Shown here one piece after another: positions 32,497 to 37,328 of a stretch of 37,328 nt of DNA. The stretch's first letter is position 1. Every line of letters starts with the position of its first letter. The notes beneath the pieces were generated by a model, which was not told the origin of the DNA, ran no database searches, and worked only from the letters and a program-made list of their open reading frames with translations. Source of the stretch: Patescibacteria group bacterium (GTDB lineage Bacteria > Patescibacteriota > Patescibacteriia > UBA9934); assembly GCA_018896835.1 (NCBI GenBank), contig JAHILS010000078.1, positions 1 through 37,328 on the forward strand, in the 5' to 3' direction. The translations under genes were made by a program, and so were the position numbers.

Positions 32497-35400
32497 TTAC
32501 TCAATTGATTCAGTGACTTGTTCTGGGGCTACTTCAACAGTTGGCTCAACAACATCTTCTTCAACAACAGCATCTTCAACAACGGCATCTTCAACAACGG
32601 CATCTTCAACAGCTTCTTCTTCAACAACATCTTCTTCTATAACTTCCTCCTGATCAATCTCAACTCCATCACCAACAACTATTTCATCTACAACCTCATC
32701 AACGTCGGTAATATCTTGACTCCTATCCTCTGTAATCACTTGATCAACCGGCTCATTAAAGATTTCAACAATATCCTCATCGACAATCTCAACATTTTGA
32801 TCAACGACGTTCTCCTCAATATTTTCTTCTTCCACCGCTATATTATCTTTTTCTACTTCAACATCTGGAGCGTAATCCTTATGATACGCAATTACCAGCC
32901 AATCAACATTTACACCATTAGTTTCAAGAGTATCCTTGATTATAAAGCCTTCCGAGTCTCTATTGATCGCATAAAGTGAACCAGATGGCGCATCGGCTGT
33001 CAAAAATACGCGGTAAGTAGAAAGATTATCAATTATTTTTTCAAAATTAGGGTCAATGTCCGCAAAAATTACATGCGCTCGACCATTCTGAAGCTTGATA
33101 GTACCGGAAAGCTCAATAGTTGTTTGTGGTGATACAACCGCATAAGCTTCTATTCGCTCTCCGCCATACGACTTAATATTTTGTACAAATCTGCCACCAG
33201 TCTTGATTGTCCCGTCCTCAGAAATTGACCAAACGTTACCAATCCCCGCGATCGATCCAACCGAAAGCAAACTTCCTCCACTCAAATTCACAATGCCAGA
33301 AAGATCAAGTGTGCTTGATGAGGCGACCTGAGTGATCGAATTATCAGAAAGGTCAGCACTTTGTCCATCAAAGTATGAAGGACGGACAAAAACAGAAATA
33401 GATCCGACTGTTCCCGAGAATGCTTCCATGGCATAACCAACAATTGGGCCAGACTCTGTCGCCTTCATGGCATAGCCTGGTTTGGATGAGGTTGTTAGCG
33501 GATCTCCAATTGAAATCGACCCGTTCTCATTACTGACATAGGTTGGAACTCGACCAGAAAGCGCAATTGGTACATGACCGTCAATATTATTTCCTGCTAA
33601 AAATCCGGGTTGAGTGGAAACAATGCCGGCAATTTTTGCGTCATAAGTAGTACCAGTTGATCGTTTTACCGAATCCTTACTGCTTGCAAACACCACAACT
33701 TCACCTGGCGCCACTGGCTCTGCGACTGGGAACATTTCGGCAAAGTCATATGAGCCCGATCCCCAACCAGACGCGTTAGTACGCATAAAATCTCCGCCAA
33801 GTCCGGAGGAACCATCGTAATAAATATATTTATCAGTCTGCAAAACTCCACGATCTGATGGATACAAACGACCCGAAATTGCCATGTCGCCGTCTTGATT
33901 TATAAATCCAACCTCTGTCTCACCCGTGTTTCTAAATGATAATTGATAGTTTGACGCGTCTGTCACACTATTTACAAACCCCATGGAAATATCCTGAGCT
34001 GATGCTCCGTCCCAGCCTGATCCGCGAAGCATTAGTCCATAGGAATTGAGTCCTGGCATAACCGCGTCAGCTGTACCTGTTGAGTCTAGTACCAAGTCTG
34101 TTCCGACCGATGTCATACTACCGTCTTGCGCTAAAACATTTATAGCCTGCCACTTTGGCTGAACATAGACATTAATTCTGCCAGTACCTGACAAGTGTGA
34201 CTCTAAAGCGCGACCAATCACATAACCAACTCCATTTGCCTTCATTACAACGCCCGGAGTTGAAGAAAGTGTCAGATAATCACCTGCCGTAATTGCGCCA
34301 CCTTCATCATTTACATTAATTGGAACCTGACCCAAAAGTGCTACCGGAACATACGCACCAGTCTCGCGCCAGCCTTCAAACCAATTTCCAATCACATTTG
34401 GAGATATAGAATATGCACCAATTATTTTGTCGGCATTGGAGGCTATAGTTGCGTTTCCTAATGAATCAATTCCTATTACATCACCATCTGAAAAATCCGC
34501 CATAACACCAGGAAATAACTCTGCATAATCACTTCCAGGAGACACAAGCGCAACGCCGCCACCAGTTCCTTCGATTGCACCTAATGGATCGCCACTGCCA
34601 TCTTTTAGCAATAAATAATTACATGCATCTGTAGGGTTTGAATCTAAGCAAGCCTGTATACTTATACCCATGTTTGTGTAAGCATTTCCGTCATTAAAGA
34701 AGCTAGCGATGTAATCGGTTGTGCCGAATGCAGAAACATACATAGCTTGCTGATCACCGACTTGATTTACATACAGGGAGTACCCCGTACCAGAGTTCGT
34801 TGTGTACAGGGTGTTACCGGTAGATGCACCGTCTCCCATACTCAAGCTAACAAGTCCTGTGCTTGCATTAATAAAATCGGTCGCGCTGTTATCACGAGAA
34901 ACATACACAGCACTTCCGGTTGTAAGAGTATCATTCACTATTGCTGTGATAAACCCGCCAGTCTGTCCGGTGCCATCAACTTCCAGTTGATCGTATACAT
35001 ACAAATCCCCTGATCCGGTTGAATAATTGGCGGTCGACGGCGTTGAACTATTTTCAACATGAACAGCCGATCCGAAAAAATATCCAGCATAATTATTTGT
35101 GCCACCCGACGCTGTGCCTCGCACTCCGTAACGATTAATACCGGCACTTTTGCTAGAAAAATCACCACCGTAGCCTGTTGTTATTGTGCCAGCACCGCTA
35201 CTGACCTCACCTTGAACACCAAAAGCGCTCGAAATCGTTCCGCCTGATGACAGGACTTTGCCATAAACACCAACAACAGTCGGTATGGTTGATCCTACCC
35301 CGCTATTATATGCCTCAGAATATAGGCCATACATCGTGTTTTCTATTGGAGATACAGCTGTTGATGAATTAATTGCGCGGATCTCCATCCCCTTCATTAT

Positions 35401-36561
35401 ATTAATAGCCCCGGTGCCTGAGTTGATTGTAGCCGATCCGATTCCAGTTACTGCCTGATCATATCCCATACTTTCCACAGAAGAATTAGTCGTCTGGCTA
35501 AACAAGCCATAATAACCATATGTTCCAGCCCCACCAGACGCTGGCGTTCCCAAACCTGACACAGTCTTCATGCCATACGCGTCAGAGGGCGATGAACCAA
35601 AAGATCCATTTAATGAATGCTCAAAATATCCATCAGCAAATCCCCAACTATCGCTACTATATGTTAGCGTGCCAGTTCCGGCTGTTGCATCCTTAAATGT
35701 AAGAGTAGGATTTATGGAACCACTACCAAAATATACATAGCCAGTACTTGGTGCCACACCAAAAGTTGAGGCATTCGCTACCGTTCCGCCAATAGCAACG
35801 TCATCAGTTGATGTTGTTGCGTAGACCGTTGATCCACCGTCGGTCCAACCGATATCATTTAAATATGCAACTGTGCCTGATGCGTTTTGGAAAGTGATTG
35901 TTTTGTCAGAAAGTGTAGGGTCGGTTATAGCAAAAATTGTTTCATAATCATCGGCTGTTGCTCCTTCAAAAACAAGTGGTAATGCGCCAGAAAATGTCGA
36001 GCCAGTAAAATCGTTAGCTCCGGTGATCGTATTGTTTGACCCAAGACCAAAGAAACTGGTTGAATCAAGGCCGTCGAGCATGTCAGCATTCATGGCATAA
36101 GGGCTTGCAACAAGACGCTTTCGTGGAGTAAGAGTCTCACCGTCAATGGTCACCTGTAAGTAGACCGAGGCATCGTCAAAAATTGTTGTTGGGATCGCGG
36201 CAAACGAATCGCTTATGTCACCTAAATTCTGTGTAAATAATCCGTCCGTCAAAGTGACTGTTTTTGCAGTTGCGGTTGAACAGTCTGACGCAGAGTTTGA
36301 CCAAAGACAGGTTCCAGCAGCTAGTGCGTCATAAAACTCAAACACAATATCGATTGTTGCGTCGGAAATCGGAACGCCGTTTGCATTCAAAATACGTCCT
36401 TGATAGGAAATCATGCGCGGAGGGGTATCGGCCGCAAAAACATTTGCATTATAAAATGTTGAGCTGGAAAAAATAATAAATAAAACCATCAAAACCTCAA
36501 TGGCTTTTTTCCATTTATTTGTAATTATTTTTAGCTTCTTCATACTACCGCGTCCACGCAC
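32497..36561 (-). CDS. Giant tail-fibre-like surface protein with two Peptidase_G2/intramolecular-chaperone-like modules and an acidic repeat tail
   Basis: 1354 aa with an N-terminal anchor/signal (AIEVLMVLFIIFSSSTFYNANVFA). A tail-fibre-type N-domain follows (MISYQGRILNANGVPISD, VASPYAMNADMLDGLDSTSF), then a Gly/Ser/Thr-rich beta region. Two modules begin GSDYAELFP and GSYDFAEMFP. The track start is GTG at 36561; an ATG at 36543 is an alternative. Confidence 0.8.
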   Translation of the reverse strand: MRGRGSMKKLKIITNKWKKAIEVLMVLFIIFSSSTFYNANVFAADTPPRMISYQGRILNANGVPISDATIDIVFEFYDALAAGTCLWSNSASDCSTATAKTVTLTDGLFTQNLGDISDSFAAIPTTIFDDASVYLQVTIDGETLTPRKRLVASPYAMNADMLDGLDSTSFFGLGSNNTITGANDFTGSTFSGALPLVFEGATADDYETIFAITDPTLSDKTITFQNASGTVAYLNDIGWTDGGSTVYATTSTDDVAIGGTVANASTFGVAPSTGYVYFGSGSINPTLTFKDATAGTGTLTYSSDSWGFADGYFEHSLNGSFGSSPSDAYGMKTVSGLGTPASGGAGTYGYYGLFSQTTNSSVESMGYDQAVTGIGSATINSGTGAINIMKGMEIRAINSSTAVSPIENTMYGLYSEAYNSGVGSTIPTVVGVYGKVLSSGGTISSAFGVQGEVSSGAGTITTGYGGDFSSKSAGINRYGVRGTASGGTNNYAGYFFGSAVHVENSSTPSTANYSTGSGDLYVYDQLEVDGTGQTGGFITAIVNDTLTTGSAVYVSRDNSATDFINASTGLVSLSMGDGASTGNTLYTTNSGTGYSLYVNQVGDQQAMYVSAFGTTDYIASFFNDGNAYTNMGISIQACLDSNPTDACNYLLLKDGSGDPLGAIEGTGGGVALVSPGSDYAELFPGVMADFSDGDVIGIDSLGNATIASNADKIIGAYSISPNVIGNWFEGWRETGAYVPVALLGQVPINVNDEGGAITAGDYLTLSSTPGVVMKANGVGYVIGRALESHLSGTGRINVYVQPKWQAINVLAQDGSMTSVGTDLVLDSTGTADAVMPGLNSYGLMLRGSGWDGASAQDISMGFVNSVTDASNYQLSFRNTGETEVGFINQDGDMAISGRLYPSDRGVLQTDKYIYYDGSSGLGGDFMRTNASGWGSGSYDFAEMFPVAEPVAPGEVVVFASSKDSVKRSTGTTYDAKIAGIVSTQPGFLAGNNIDGHVPIALSGRVPTYVSNENGSISIGDPLTTSSKPGYAMKATESGPIVGYAMEAFSGTVGSISVFVRPSYFDGQSADLSDNSITQVASSSTLDLSGIVNLSGGSLLSVGSIAGIGNVWSISEDGTIKTGGRFVQNIKSYGGERIEAYAVVSPQTTIELSGTIKLQNGRAHVIFADIDPNFEKIIDNLSTYRVFLTADAPSGSLYAINRDSEGFIIKDTLETNGVNVDWLVIAYHKDYAPDVEVEKDNIAVEEENIEENVVDQNVEIVDEDIVEIFNEPVDQVITEDRSQDITDVDEVVDEIVVGDGVEIDQEEVIEEDVVEEEAVEDAVVEDAVVEDAVVEEDVVEPTVEVAPEQVTESIE
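32556..32615. repeat. 15-bp tandem repeat (about 4 units) encoding an acidic DAVVE repeat
   Basis: CATCTTCAACAACGG occurs at 32571-32585 and 32586-32600, with partial units on either side. On the minus strand it translates as AVEDAVVEDAVVEDAVVEED. Confidence 0.85.
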
Positions 36562-36598
36562 AACTTTTGTACGAAGACGTGGTGTTACAATGGAAACA

Positions 36599-37328
36599 TT
36601 ATACCGCGTTTGCGATTTTTTTACTTAGTGATACATCCACAGAAATAACATCAGGTTCTTTTTTGCTAGAAAAATCAATCGGTCGAACTTCCTGGTGTTC
36701 ATATCCTGGCTGTTCGAACGTTAAAAAGTATTTATTTGGCCCAGCCATAAATGCATACTTTCCATTTCCATCAGTCACTGTTGATTCAATTAGGCGATTA
36801 AACTCAGGCTCAAACAAACGCACAACTGTATTTTTAAGTGGCTTTTGTTTTTGACCATCGTTTACGATTCCCCAGCCTTTCTTTTTTCGCCAGGCAGTTA
36901 AGAAATGTGTGATTGAATAAATTATAGTGTGAAGTATTACTATCCCGAGGCTTAAAATGGTCGGCTGAATAATCAAAATAATAATTGCTATTAACAATCC
37001 CGATAATGCGAGAACGTGACAAAAGATTCTTAAAAATCTTCTAAAAATAAGGCTTTTTGACTCGTGATACTTTATTTCCTGCGAAGGATCCATTGGAATG
37101 TTAGCCGAGATTATGACGTTTGCTTCGGTTACCTCGATGTCTCCTTGATCGTAAACATCATCAAATACTACATCCTTAGTTTTGCCAGCCATGTATTCAC
37201 TTGGAAAAACAAAACCAGCTTTTTTAACTTCAATTTTATAAACGCCAGGCTGGGCTTTAAAAATATATCGTCCGTGTTTATCTGACACAGTTGTCTTTAC
37301 CAGCTTTCCCTCTTTGGTAAATAACCTA
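36599..37328 (-). CDS. Membrane protein with two carboxypeptidase-regulatory-like (CarboxypepD_reg) beta-sandwich domains; 5' end lies outside the window
   Basis: The frame stays open upstream of the track start, which is a GTG at 37288, and reads ...RLFTKEGKLVKTTVSDKHGRYIFKAQPGVYKIEV. A second copy of the pattern is VTDGNGKYAFMAGPNKYFLTFEQPGY. Hydrophobic helices lie between the two. Confidence 0.6.
   Translation of the reverse strand, partial: RLFTKEGKLVKTTVSDKHGRYIFKAQPGVYKIEVKKAGFVFPSEYMAGKTKDVVFDDVYDQGDIEVTEANVIISANIPMDPSQEIKYHESKSLIFRRFLRIFCHVLALSGLLIAIIILIIQPTILSLGIVILHTIIYSITHFLTAWRKKKGWGIVNDGQKQKPLKNTVVRLFEPEFNRLIESTVTDGNGKYAFMAGPNKYFLTFEQPGYEHQEVRPIDFSSKKEPDVISVDVSLSKKIANAV

Noticed and set aside
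32456-32653. 65-aa Ser/Thr-rich plus-strand ORF (SSTTASSTTASS...)
   Set aside because: It is the antisense reading of the acidic 15-bp tandem repeat at the 3' end of the fibre gene, so it is a repeat artefact.

Overview
Low-GC, tightly packed bacterial chromosome segment. Nearly all core genes are on the minus strand: uvrB-uvrA-uvrC(partial), ruvC, a PLP enzyme, yebC, rpoB-rpoC, recA, a RodZ-like protein, ftsK, rpsF-ssb-rpsR-efp and ychF. At the right end is an envelope operon: a CarboxypepD_reg-like membrane protein, a 1354-aa tail-fibre-like surface protein and a polytopic TPR membrane protein. This gene content fits a small-genome, possibly CPR/Patescibacteria-like organism, but that is inference only. 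No rRNA, tRNA or CRISPR array was recognised by eye.

The most unusual content is accessory. (1) Four plus-strand single-gene cassettes of clearly higher GC each carry their own sigma70-like promoter, SD and GC-rich hairpin terminator. They encode a PP2C phosphatase, a membrane-anchored lytic transglycosylase, a DUF5680-like protein and a secreted caspase-like protein lacking the His/Cys dyad. (2) A family of long palindromes with a CGATCG core lies downstream of these cassettes. Two identical 36-nt copies exactly bracket a winged-helix plus Cas2/PaaX-fold gene. (3) A 123-bp GC-rich palindromic element is inserted in frame inside uvrA. (4) A promoter-to-terminator unit between recA and rpoB looks like a structured sRNA of about 200 nt. 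(5) A second, terminator-like hairpin repeat family is present.

All product calls rest on motifs I recognised in the supplied translations. No database search, covariance model or folding program was run.
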